A stretch of DNA of 64,000 bases from Macrostomum lignano (GCA_002269645.1 NIVC01000245.1:496001-560000); one strand, 5' to 3'. Positions 1 through 11,139 are shown, numbered from the stretch's first letter. The notes: generated from the sequence alone by a model not told the origin. Program-made: numbers and translations.

Positions 1-906
1 AATGTGCTGTTTAACGACTGAAAACGCATTTAATTTTAACTACATATATGAGTCCATGGATGAGTCAATGGAGTTTTCCATGATATGAGTCTAACTTGCA
101 GCCAACAATGTTCTCAGGTAGATTCTAAAATACTACTTTCAATTTACAGTTTATTAGTTGAGGGGTGGATACATATCCGTGGAACATGCCGCGTGTATTT
201 ATAAGTTCAGTGATTCCCTGAATTGAAGTTTTTTGCGATTATCTCCTTGATCCTCATTAGGGTAGGGCAGGTAGGTAAAATAGTTGTTTTTTGTCGGCAG
301 GAATGTCAAGTGTTAGTGGACTAATAACTTTAAAATGTTTTACATACAAAGCAGTGCGGCAGTTTCAAACCCCACAGTACCGGCTTTGTTCGACCTTGCA
401 GGCTGCACGCTTTACGCCTCACAGGCATTTTCTACATCTATTCATATTTCAGAAAAAAAATTGTAAAGTTAAAATGCTGGAATTAAAACTAAACAGTGCA
501 TTCAATAAGCGATTGACCAGTGTATTGTAGGAGCATAAAATCCATAAACTGCAGAAGGACGGTTTTGATATTAGGGCTGAAAATTTTATAGCTTTCTCGA
601 TAAAAAACTTTTCAGGGTGTAGAAATCATAGAGATTTACGTGCAGCTGGAACGTTTCTCCAGGGAGCTTTTTCTATGTGACAAATTAATTATTCGCGTAA
701 GTAGACTCATGACTAATCGATTACTACAATGATTGACGTCGTTAATTGCGGTGCAACTTAATTTAGCAGTGGATTAAGGACAGTAACTAATTTACGACTC
801 AAAATATCATTAATAAGCTAATAAAATTAAGGTGTCTTGAAATAAGAAGCTTTTCTCGTGGCATAATCGAGTAAATAGCAAGTTATTAATTATTGTCAGC
901 AAAGTT

Positions 907-3900
907 TCATTCCGAGTTGCTACTGCAGCACTGCGACCTGCGAATCTTCATGCAGAGCAGTTCTCCAAGCAGCAGAGCCAGTCCAAATCCGTAAAGCGCT
1001 CCGGTGACAGCGAAACAGCCCGCTACAACATCGAGACTGATCGCTGGTGCAGCGGAACTGCTCACTCCAGTGTTACAAGCGGTGATATTGTTCGACGCGT
1101 CGTACATGTTCGTCACTAGCTGCAGTTGACCGGACTCTCGGAACTTTCGAATGCTGTCGGGGTACATAATTACAGGCGTGGTTATATTATTTGCTACTTG
1201 TACTGGTCAAGTAAGGGGGCCGATTCCCAGTGGTCCACGCGGCGTTCTGGTGTGCCAGCGGCCAGGCTCGATTCCGAGTGCAGTCACATTAATTTGGGGC
1301 TGAATTGGAATCTCGACTTAGTTCCGCTTGTGAAATTAGGGCCAACCCCCAAGGCACAGTGAAGTGTACATGACTAACGATAAATAAAATCAGGGCCGCT
1401 GTGCACTCCCGTGTGAGTGTGTGCCTGCGCGTATGACTGCGTACGCATCCAGGCGCTTGTGTGCCTGCTCAGGGGAGTCGGCGGGTGGGCAGTGATTCCT
1501 CTCGCCGGTTGTGTACGAGGTAACAATGTCGCTTAAAATGCGCCAGGGTGCTAACAGCCCCCTGCCTCTGATTCGGCATCCTAGAACTGCTTACGAAGGA
1601 GGACTTGTAATAAAGGATACTTCAGTCTGCAATAAACAAACTGTAGCTTAGAGTATAGCACAAAATATTCCTCAATCAATATTAAAAATATGAGCTAATA
1701 TAAAATGAATATCGATTTGTCGACAGAACATCGTATTGATGCAAGAGCAGAGCAGTGCAGATAACTATAGTAAGTTTTTAGGGTCGAACCCAAGAAACTT
1801 GACAGAGTCGCACCCTTGTAAATTTCCAAAAAGGTAAATGAAACTTTCGACGTAGCAAGCACCTTCTGCAAGCTGTGCGAGTTTTCTACTGAGTAGTATA
1901 TACTACTGATACTCACTAGTAGTCCATCAGCTGGCCAAAGAAGGCATCCTCGGGGTACAAAAACGCCACAGTAGCCGCATTGAACACTTCGTCAGCGAAG
2001 TACACGCGAGAACAATTGAGCTTGGCCATGGCTTTCATTGCCATTAAATCGCTCATGCAGGCTATGTTGCTATGCAGTGACTGAAATTGGTGCGTTGTGA
2101 AAGGCAAATAAAAAAAACTTGTATGCGCAATTTCTCCCCTAAGCTTCGTACGTATAGACAAGTATTATTTAACTAAAAGAGAGAACACGTAAAGTCTAAT
2201 AGGAACGTCTGTCTTGAATGCGTCTCTAATTAACAGTAGAACTACCAAGGGGGAATTTCCATTGGCATTGAATGCATTAGCCTTATGGAAAAAATCCGAC
2301 CTTCTGGCAAAATCGTCGAATATCTCGACGGTCCCAAAGGCTGGCGACTTGATTCTTGTTTGAGAAGGTGCTAAACAAAAATTTAGCCGTGTTCTTGAAT
2401 TTCGTGCGCCTGCGTTACTCCTTTCCGGCGCAGCAGAATGCCGTCCCCCCACCTTTGGTAGTTCGACGGGCGGAAAATTGGCTTGGTATTCTTACTATTT
2501 AACTGACCCAGAGATTTTACAGAAATTGTGCCTTTTTGTCGAAAGAACACGAAATTAGGGTTAGGGTCATGGTTAAGATTAGGGTTAGGTTTAGGGTTAA
2601 GGTTAGGGTGAGGGTTAGGGTTTGGGGGAATTGCTGAGATTTCAAGGCTTACGGGGGAATAGCTAAGATGTCAAGGCGTGAACGCTTTGTTTATTGCAAG
2701 GAGAAGCTACATGTAGTTTACTCAAAAAAATCATTAAATTTTTTTCTCTCCAACACGGGGAGCTGACTGCTAGTCCTATAAACCAAAAATGGTTTGCCGG
2801 TAGGTATCTATGTGATCGATTTCAGAAAAAAACGGCTCAAACTAATGTATCCCAAGCCCTGTTTTAGGCCTACCAAACTCGGGCACTCAGGCGCAGGAAC
2901 CATGATGTCAGCGATCTGCTTGTAGATGCCAGACGTGCTGCTTTTTAACATAGTGTCCAAATTACTACCCGGAATGTAACCAGGTACGACGTCAGTTTGC
3001 GCGACCAAATCCTGCAGCGTCCTTATTGACAATTCCGTGGTTGTGATCGTCAGAAACGATGTAAGAAAGGCTGAAGATGAAGTCAAAGTTAATATGACAA
3101 CACTGCTCAAAATATCTGAATTTAAATCTCATCATGTACATGTGCGTACATGTAACTTGGCGATTACCTGTATAAGCCGCATAAATGATAACATTGAAAA
3201 ACCACCAGAAAGCAAGGACCACCCGAGGAGACGTAGCGTAGGGATAGAAATCCTGTCCCTGCTGCATGAAGCTGCCGATTATGGTCCACAGGTACTCGAA
3301 GTAGCTGGCCTCGTCACTGATAGCGCCCTCCAGGCCCAGATTGATGGCGGAGAACGGGGAAAAGTACGCAAGCAACCAAAGAGCGAATGCGGCAACTAAG
3401 AATGAGGCAGCCAGACAGGCCCACACCTGCCAGTGCAGAGGGAGGAACACGTTCCACATCTTGGACGCTTCTTGTGGTCTCGGAATCAGAATGGCGTTGT
3501 AGTCGGGGTACAGGTCTGCCGAGAAGTCAATCACAGTATCTCGTACGGTTGTTTTTGTAAACGACCCGGCGGAGAAGTCGACCACCTCGAAAAAGACGTT
3601 TAGAAAATAAAATTATGATGCTGTTGAGTACTGAAATTTTTAAAGGACTATGCAAAACGAAAATGCTGACAACAAAATACCAGCGTAACATCTCATCTCA
3701 AGATGCTCATTTTAGATTCTCGTTCTGATTACTAATTGAATTCAATTTTTCGAGAGGACCGGTGTCGCCTCACTGCACCGACATTTTAAAAAGTACGACA
3801 AAACTGTTTGCTTGACAAACCCCCTGTTGAGTCTCTCCAACGCAGCCGGTGAAGATCCTGGAGCCGGGATTCGGGCGACCCCACTCTCCGTCGTAAGGTT

Positions 3901-6720
3901 TCTTGAGGACGTATCTGAAATTTTCAAGAGCGGGCATGTGAGTGGATTGTCTCGCACTTTTACACTCCAATTTTCTCACGTACCGAAAGTTCAATTTAGA
4001 AGCCAGATATTTAAGGATATCTGGAGCCATTCCATATCCTTTGTAAAAATTATCGCCCAGATCTTCAATTAAACCGGCGGACGGAAAATCCTTGAAAAAA
4101 ACAAGAAATTGGCTTAAGTCCTCTCGATTTAAAAAATAAAATTTGTGATATTTTTACGAAATTATTACCATAGGACAGCAAACGACCAACGTAGCATTCT
4201 TGAACCCGGTGAAGGTGTTGGGAAACACGAATGCACCGCCGCTCTTGTGGAACAATTTCCTCAACGAGCCGCTGCTGAACCGACCGCTCAGCTCGAACCG
4301 AGCTGCCACTCCCGACTGCTCGGTGAATGACGCAACGATCTCAACGCCCTGAGCGTTGAAGAATCCTGTTGTCGAGTTGTAGGAAATCTCACCGCGACCC
4401 GAGTCGAAGCTCGATAGCTGAGATGAGACAGAGTGGCGAGTGCAACTGCTCACATCTGTGATCAGTTAACGATGAGCAGTAAAATGCACAATAAAGTGAG
4501 CAGCGAGCACGAACTCACAGACATGACTTTGCTGAGCACTTGAGCACCAGACGACCACGGCTGCAGAGGAAAGCATGACGCGTTGCTCTCTCGGAATCCT
4601 GGCTGAGTCAGCGAGTCTGTGAGAGCCTTCGCCAGAGCCTCGATCGCATCCACGAGACGGATGTCCAGTGTCTGTGCGAGATTTCGGTTGATAGGAGATC
4701 GAGTACATATAGTTATGTGAGTGAGTGAGCTTTGATGCTCTCAGTGTGTTGGTGATTGAGCAAGGTAGGGCAGGGCAGGGCAGGGAAGGGCAGGGCAGGG
4801 CAGGGCAGTGCAGGGCAGGGCAGGGCAGGGCAGGGCAGGGCAGGGCAGGGCAGGGCAGGGCAGGGCAGGGCAGGGCAGGGCAGGGCAGGGCAGGGCAGGG
4901 CAGGGCAGGGCAGGGCAGGGCAGGGCAGGGCAGGGCAGGGCAGGGCAGGGCAGGGCAGGGCAGGGCAGGGCAGGGCAGGGCAGGGCAGGGCAGGGCAGGG
5001 CAGGGCAGGGCAGGGCAGGGCAGGGCAGGGCAGGGCAGGGCAGGGCAGGGCAGGGCAGGGCAGGGCAGGGCAGGGCAGGGCAGGGCAGGGCAGGGCAGGG
5101 CAGGGCAGGGCACGGCAGGGCACAGCACGGCAGCTGGCGCTCACCCGAATGCTGTCGGTGTCGCAGCTCGGAAAGACGTCTCTCACTGCAGGCGGACAGT
5201 CCGATGGCCGATTGACGCCAGTTGTGCCTCCTCTGAACAGAGCCAGGTTGCAGCTGTTGGGACACACCCGCATCAGGTGGGACTTGCTGAGTCCGCCGCT
5301 GTCAATCACGAGCCAGAAGTAGTTCTGCTGCATGACGCTGGAGTTCGCAGCGGCTGCCGCGATGCTTTGCACGTTGCGAGGCGTCGCCATGACGATGGCG
5401 TTGAACAGGCGCTTCTTCATGAGGCGTCTGAGCTTCTCGGAGAGAAGATCTCCGCTGAGTGTGGGGTCGACATTGAAAGGGACGGAGCTGATGCCGATGC
5501 TTGACAGTTGCGTCTGCAGCAGCTGTATGAAGCCATTCTCTGTGAGATAAGAAATGTAGAGTGGAATTTGAGTTACAGTTCTATTAACTAATTACTACGA
5601 GCTATTAATCGCAGCAGCATCATAAAAATACTTGTAGTTATTAAATTAGCAATTACCGTTGGATGAGTCGTACAAAATGGCCACTTGTTTTTCATCCAGG
5701 GTCGAGATGACTTCGGCTGCAGCGCCGATAACCTCAGACACTGAGTGACTGCCAATGACCCCGTACCCTAAAGGGTCAATAGCTTGTGTTTTTCGAATTG
5801 CATTGGAAAATATTTTTCGCAATTGGTGATTTAGTAAGTGTAACTTACTGTGTCACGGTCACAGGTTTGTTAGAAGGAACCCTAGGAACACTTAGTTATC
5901 ACAGAATATTTTGTGCTTTGTTATAGTCTAGTGTAGTCTAGTAGTCTCTTTTTTATCGGAAACATCTTGAAAGAGAAAGAGCGGTAAAAATAGCCCGAGA
6001 AAATGACTTCATAAAACATTATTTGTCAGTAATTTTAGCTTACTTGAGTTATTTTTCGAAAATTAACCGAACTCCGATAGATTTCATGATTTTTCACTGT
6101 TACTCACGAAAATATCCCTCCTCGCACAGAGCGGTTGGCAGGGCGATGAACGGCAGTTGCAGGGACTTGGACAGCGAGCTCAGGTCCGAGAGGAGACCGC
6201 AGCTGCCGATTGCCAGAAGTGCTGACAGACCTGACTGGGAGCAAACTAAAATCGCGAGTGGCTAACACTTTTGATATGTTGGATTCCGTTGACCCATAAG
6301 CATAAAGATGCGACGCTTACTTTCTTGATCACTATCACTATTAATTCGGCATGGGCAAAGTGGAGTTGGGTCCTCATGAGCGCCAAACTCATCATCAAAC
6401 TTGACGCCGGTTTTGTGCCCGAGAACCCCAACTTTCATAACGATGTGACTACAGTTACAGACTAGTTTCAACCGCCTAAATCTAGGATACTCACCTTTTT
6501 TAGCAGCCTGCTGAGCTCCATCCGCGGACACCTGCACAATTGCATGCGACATTGAGTGGCCTGGCAACAGTCTCCAGTTTGAGTTCACCCGTCTGCTCAC
6601 AGCCAGATCAATGAGGGAGCTGCTCACTGCATTCTGCTCAATCACAACTGCCAGCTTGAAGTCCAGGCCAGAGGTGGCTGACATTGAATTCAACAGTAAG
6701 ACAAAAGTGGTCAGTTTCAT
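907..6720 (-). CDS. Ionotropic glutamate receptor-like protein, paralog A; complete, 12 exons, about 832 aa (signal peptide, ATD, S1, M1, pore loop, M3, S2, M4)
   Basis: Hand-spliced exons on the minus strand: 6720-6495, 6245-6108, 5767-5657, 5539-5145, 4671-4519, 4417-4169, 4090-3984, 3914-3821, 3585-3168, 3070-2874, 2080-1917, 1153-907. Phases are compatible throughout, total 2499 nt, no internal stop. Motifs: QVAILYD (ATD), PDILKYLASKLNFRY and PYDGEWG (S1), FTKTTVRDTVIDFS, GSFMQQG pore, WWFFNVIIYAAYTAFLTSFLT (M3), hydrophobic M4. All introns are GT-AG. Subfamily not assignable by eye. Confidence 0.92.
2555..2622 (+). repeat. Degenerate (TTAGGG)n interstitial telomere-like repeat, about 11 units, in intron 10 of A
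   Basis: ttagggttagggtcatggttaagattagggttaggtttagggttaaggttagggtgagggttagggtt read directly from the sequence. Confidence 0.8.
2745..2841 (+). mobile_element. Helitron-like 3' end (weak hairpin + CTAG) fused to a short Helitron 5' fragment, in intron 10 of A
   Basis: ctgCTAG|TCCTATAAACCAAAAATGG...GTGATCGATTTCAGAAAAAAACGGCTCAA matches the 5' ends of the Helitron units at 37029, 39710 and 59756. Confidence 0.6.
4767..5133 (-). repeat. (CCCTG)n / (GGGCA)n pentanucleotide array, about 70 copies, intron 4 of A
   Basis: Near-perfect 5-mer array starting about 12-15 nt after the exon 4 donor site. Confidence 0.97.
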
Positions 6721-7574
6721 TTCGTAAAGGGTTGAGTATGCCAGCATGCTCAAAGCAGATAAAAAAATCCGGCCATCGTAAATATTAATCAGCTCTTTCT
6801 ATTATACTGACAATTCACAACTGCATTTCGACTGTAGATTTTCTCTTCATCTCTCATCGGGAACCAATCACAGATTATTGGCCTGAGACGACCCTTTATT
6901 GTCCGAGTGAATTGGTTTTTTATTCTACGAGTATTAATATGAACTCCTACCTGAAAATTCATTTTATTTTTCCCTTTGGCCCCTTCATGGCGCCTTTGAG
7001 GATAGCGCTATTAGTGCTGGCGCCCCTTGGTGCGAAAGCCCCTGGTGCTAGAGCCCCTTGGTGCTAAAGCCCTTTGGTGCTAAAGCCCCTTGTTATTGGC
7101 CTGAGACGAACCTTTAATGGTCCCATTATATTTTAATTTTCTATAACAATATATTTCTTACACAATTCCAGTAAAAAGATTGAACCGTGACGATTAAAAG
7201 AAAAACGCTCGGTGCATTGATAGTAGGTTGAATAAAGTTACCAAAGAAAAGCTTTTATTTTTAATGAAGCCGTAGAAAAAGATATTTTAATTAGGAGAGC
7301 AGTTTCCTTCTTCAAAATGACATGCTAAATGACAATTCACAAACCCTAATTTTCACAACGTCGAAACCAGAACCTTTCATAAGACCTATATTTCATAAAC
7401 CCTAATTTTCACAACGTCGAAAATAAGCAATGCAGCAGATTTCACAAGACCTAAATTTCACAAGCCCTAAATTTCATAACACCTAAAAGGCATGCACAGA
7501 ATTTCAAAAGCCCTAAATTTCACTATCTCTAAATTTCACAAGCTCTAAATTTCACTATCTCTAAATTTCACAAG

Positions 7575-9134
7575 CTCTAAATTTCACAACGCCTAAAAAC
7601 ACTATGGAGGTACAATCTTTCATAAGACCTAAATTTCACAACGCCTAAAAACACTATGGAGATACAATCTTTCACAAGACCTAAATTTCACAACGCCTAA
7701 AAACACTATGGAGGTACAATCTTTCATAAGACCTAAATTTCACAACGCCTAAAAACACTATGGAGGTACAATCTTTCATAAGACCTAAACTTCACAACGC
7801 CTAAAAACACTATGGAGATACAGTCTTTCACAAGACCTAAATTTCACAACGCCTAAAAACACTATGGAGATACAATCTTTCACAAGACCTAAATTTCACA
7901 ACGCCTAAAAACACTATGGAGGTACAATCTTTCATAAGACCTAAATTTCACAACGCCTAAAAACACTATGGAAGTACAATCTTTCATAAGACCTAAATTT
8001 CACAACGCCTAAAAACACTATGGAGGTACAATCTTTCATAAGACCTAAATTTCACAACGCCTAAAAACACTATGGAGATACAATCTTTCACAAGACCTAA
8101 ATTTCACAACGCCTAAAAACACTATGGAGGTACAATCTTTCATAAGACCTAAATTTCACAACGCCTAAAAACACTATGGAGGTACAATCTTTCATAAGAC
8201 CTAAATTTCACAACGCCTAAAAACACTATGGAGGTACAATCTTTCATAAGACCTAAATTTCACAACGCCTAAAAACACTATGGAGATACAATCTTTCACA
8301 AGACCTAAATTTCACAACGCCTAAAAACACTATGGAGGTACAATCTTTCATAAGACCTAAATTTCACAACGCCTAAAAACACTATGGAGGTACAATCTTT
8401 CATAAGACCTAAACTTCACAACGCCTAAAAACACTATGGAGATACAATCTTTCACAAGACCTAAATTTCACAACGCCTAAAAACACTATGGAGATACAAT
8501 CTTTCACAAGACCTAAATTTCACAACGCCTAAAAACACTATGGAGGTACAATCTTTCATAAGACCTAAATTTCACAACGCCTAAAAACACTATGGAAGTA
8601 CAATCTTTCATAAGACCTAAATTTCACAACGCCTAAAAACACTATGGAGGTACAATCTTTCATAAGACCTAAATTTCACAACGCCTAAAAACACTATGGA
8701 GATACAATCTTTCACAAGACCTAAATTTCACAACGCCTAAAAACACTATGGAGGTACAATCTTTCATAAGACCTAAATTTCACAACGCCTAAAAACACTA
8801 TGGAGGTACAATCTTTCATAAGACCTAAATTTCACAACGCCTAAAAACACTATGGAGGTACAATCTTTCATAAGACCTAAATTTCACAACGCCTAAAAAC
8901 ACTATGGAGGTACAATCTTTCATAAGACCTAAATTTCACAACGCCTAAAAACACTATGGAGATACAATCTTTCACAAGACCTAAATTTCACAACGCCTAA
9001 AAACACTATGGAGATACAATCTTTCACAAGACCTAAATTTCACAACGCCTAAAAACACTATGGAGATACAATCTTTCATAAGACCTAAATTTCACAACGC
9101 CTAAAAACACTATGGAGATACAATCTTTCATAAG
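7575..9134 (+). repeat. 52-bp tandem repeat, about 30 copies, with a 624-bp (12-mer) higher-order period
   Basis: Monomer aagacctaaatttcacaacgcctaaaaacactatggag(g/a)tacaatctttca(t/c). Rare variants recur 624 bp apart (aaac at 7790 and 8414; gaagta at 7971 and 8595). Confidence 0.95.
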
Positions 9135-9609
9135 TACTGAATCGAGAGCCCGTTTTAGTGACAGTTAATTAGCTCATGTGGTAGCTACACTCTACAGCGT
9201 AGAGCGTACATGTATGTTGCCCAAAGTACTATCAAATAGCACATAAATTCTCTTTGCTGGCTTAATTAACTATAACGACTTGCATAAGTCACATAAAATT
9301 GCAAATTATCATTCTCATCTTCAAGGGCTACCGTAGTATAGTGGTAGCTAATCTAATTCTGAGTTTCAAATTTTCAAACTCAATCCAAAGTCCGTTTATT
9401 AAAAATTCATGAAGTGAAAACATAGGATTGACAAAATGGCACAAGATTTTTTACAATAAGTTTTCAAATTCCAACTATCTTTCAACCACTCCTTTCCAAA
9501 ATCAATCTTGTATTTCCTTTTTCAAATCGATTCATACAATAAACGAGTGAGTATAAACCCCTCCATTACTCTTTACTCACATTACCCATTAACACTTCAC
9601 CAAAGAAAC

Positions 9610-9612
<3 letters not shown>

Positions 9613-9692
<80 letters not shown>
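9613..9692 (+). repeat. (AG)40 microsatellite
   Basis: Read directly from the sequence. Confidence 0.98.
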
Positions 9693-9696
<4 letters not shown>

Positions 9697-11139
9697 TTGA
9701 AAAGACAACGCTTTTCCAGAGAACCCCGAAAACTTAACATGAAATCCAAGATGAGCACACCCATATGCATTTTTACACGCCAGATAGTACGCCAGATTTC
9801 AAAAAGTAAAAAATTGTACGCCAAGTGTGCACCAAAAGTCGTGAGTGTACGCCGGATTAATCCGGCGTACCACCCCTCTTCCGGACTATGGATTTTTACT
9901 GGTGTTGCAACTTGGAAACTTGAAAAAAAGTCTTCTAATTTTAAACTTTCGAAGTCCATTCAGGTAGAATCTTTTTTGTAATAAACTTTCCAAGTAGCGC
10001 TACCTGGTTTTGCAACATGAGAAACATTAAAACTTCATTTATGTACCACACTACCAAGTACCAGTAGCAACTGAGTCCTGACTTGAAAAGTTTGCAATTG
10101 AGGTAGCCAATTTTATTTTAGCAATCAATAATACTTGTATCCGTATGCTTGCCTTTTACTACGTAATTCACGCGTGCTTTTAGACGTTGTGAAATTTAGG
10201 TCTTATGAAAGATTGTCTCTCCATAGTGTTTTAGGCGTTGTAAAATTTAGGTCTTGTGAAAGATTGTATCTCTATAGTGTTTTTAGGCGTTGTGAAATTT
10301 AGAGCTTATGAAATACTGTGCACAACTTTTCGACGATGTGAAAATTAGGGTTTATGAAATTTAGAGCTTATGAAAGTTTGTGTCTTGCGACGTTGTGAAA
10401 TTTAGGGCTTGTGAAAGCGACCCGCTAAATGCAGTGTTCGCATACGTCATTGTTCCTGGCTGTAAAATTTTGTTTCTGTCTATCTAATGCGCTGTCCACA
10501 GTCACAGCAAACTCAATTACCGCTTTTATTGGGTATTTTGTGTGATGGCTGTTTTGCTTCCGTGACAATTATTGCAGACAGAGTGTCCATTGGTTGAGCA
10601 ATGATGCACGGAAGCAATTATCTACGAAGTAGCTCAATGTATTGGCATTGTTTCGACTAATGAGCGTGGATAGTATCCTTTTGATGTCAATTTATATATG
10701 GCTAATTTTTTGTTAATCAAATAAACATCAATAAAACTAAGTAAAAACACTGTATGTTTCCATAGCAAAACAAGCGGATCACGACAATGCTGCAGAGCAA
10801 ATAATTCAATTTGCAAATTAAAGACGTCAGACTGGCTACATGTGATCAGTCTGAATTGTTCAGAGCCTTCACCGACAACACTGCCGCCTCTGGTTGACCG
10901 ATAGAAAAGTAACAGAGCATTCACATAGTTATTACATTGTAACAAAATTCCTGGGTTACTTATAGGGATTTTTGAGCAATAGGACAAGCAAGATTCTCTA
11001 TTTTTTTGGCATTTATGACCGTAATAATTCAATTTATGAGCGTAATAATTTAGGGCGTTAACGGTATGGAAATCCGCGTCAAAATATATTCTATTATAGG
11101 GTCAAAGTTTCATGCTTTAATAGCGCAGAATTTTTACAG

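Larger units (their letters stand above)
7332..10423. mobile_element. Foldback-like non-autonomous DNA element whose long imperfect inverted termini are built from tandem repeats
   Basis: The left end (ttcacaaaccctaattttcacaacgtcg...) is the reverse complement of the right end (...cgacgttgtgaaatttagggcttgtgaa). The 52-bp monomer occurs forward at 7575-9134 and inverted at about 10175-10310. An 8-bp direct repeat GCTAAATG lies at 7324-7331 and 10424-10431 (candidate TSD). No transposase ORF. Confidence 0.7.

Noticed and set aside
1390-1640. GC-rich segment in intron 11 of A ending in AATAAA motifs, possibly a retroelement remnant
   Set aside because: No termini, TSD or second copy could be identified in the window.
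2555-2622. True telomere or chromosome fusion scar
   Set aside because: Short, degenerate, in one orientation only, and inside an intron next to a transposon end.
4672-4740. Upstream phase-0 acceptors for exon 5 (GAG at 4738-4740 in A; tandem CAGCAGCAG at 22748-22756 in B)
   Set aside because: The shared CAG at 4672-4674 / 22694-22696 gives a gap-free match to the GluA2 ATD segment (FPSCDTDSIRTLDIRLVDA versus YPGAHTATIKYTSALTYDA), so it is the better model.
4466-5504. Long ORFs with (PCPAL)n or (GQGRA)n repeats here and at 22733-23602
   Set aside because: They are translations of the intronic 5-mer array, which has no stop in any frame; canonical splice sites flank it.
7575-9134. CRISPR array (also considered for the 23-bp and 24-bp arrays)
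   Set aside because: Monomers are contiguous with no unique spacers, there are no cas genes, and the context is eukaryotic.
9508-9981. ORFs containing (RE)n or (LS)n, and poly-Thr / poly-Leu ORFs at 25330-25598
   Set aside because: Products of the (AG)n and (CAA)n microsatellites.
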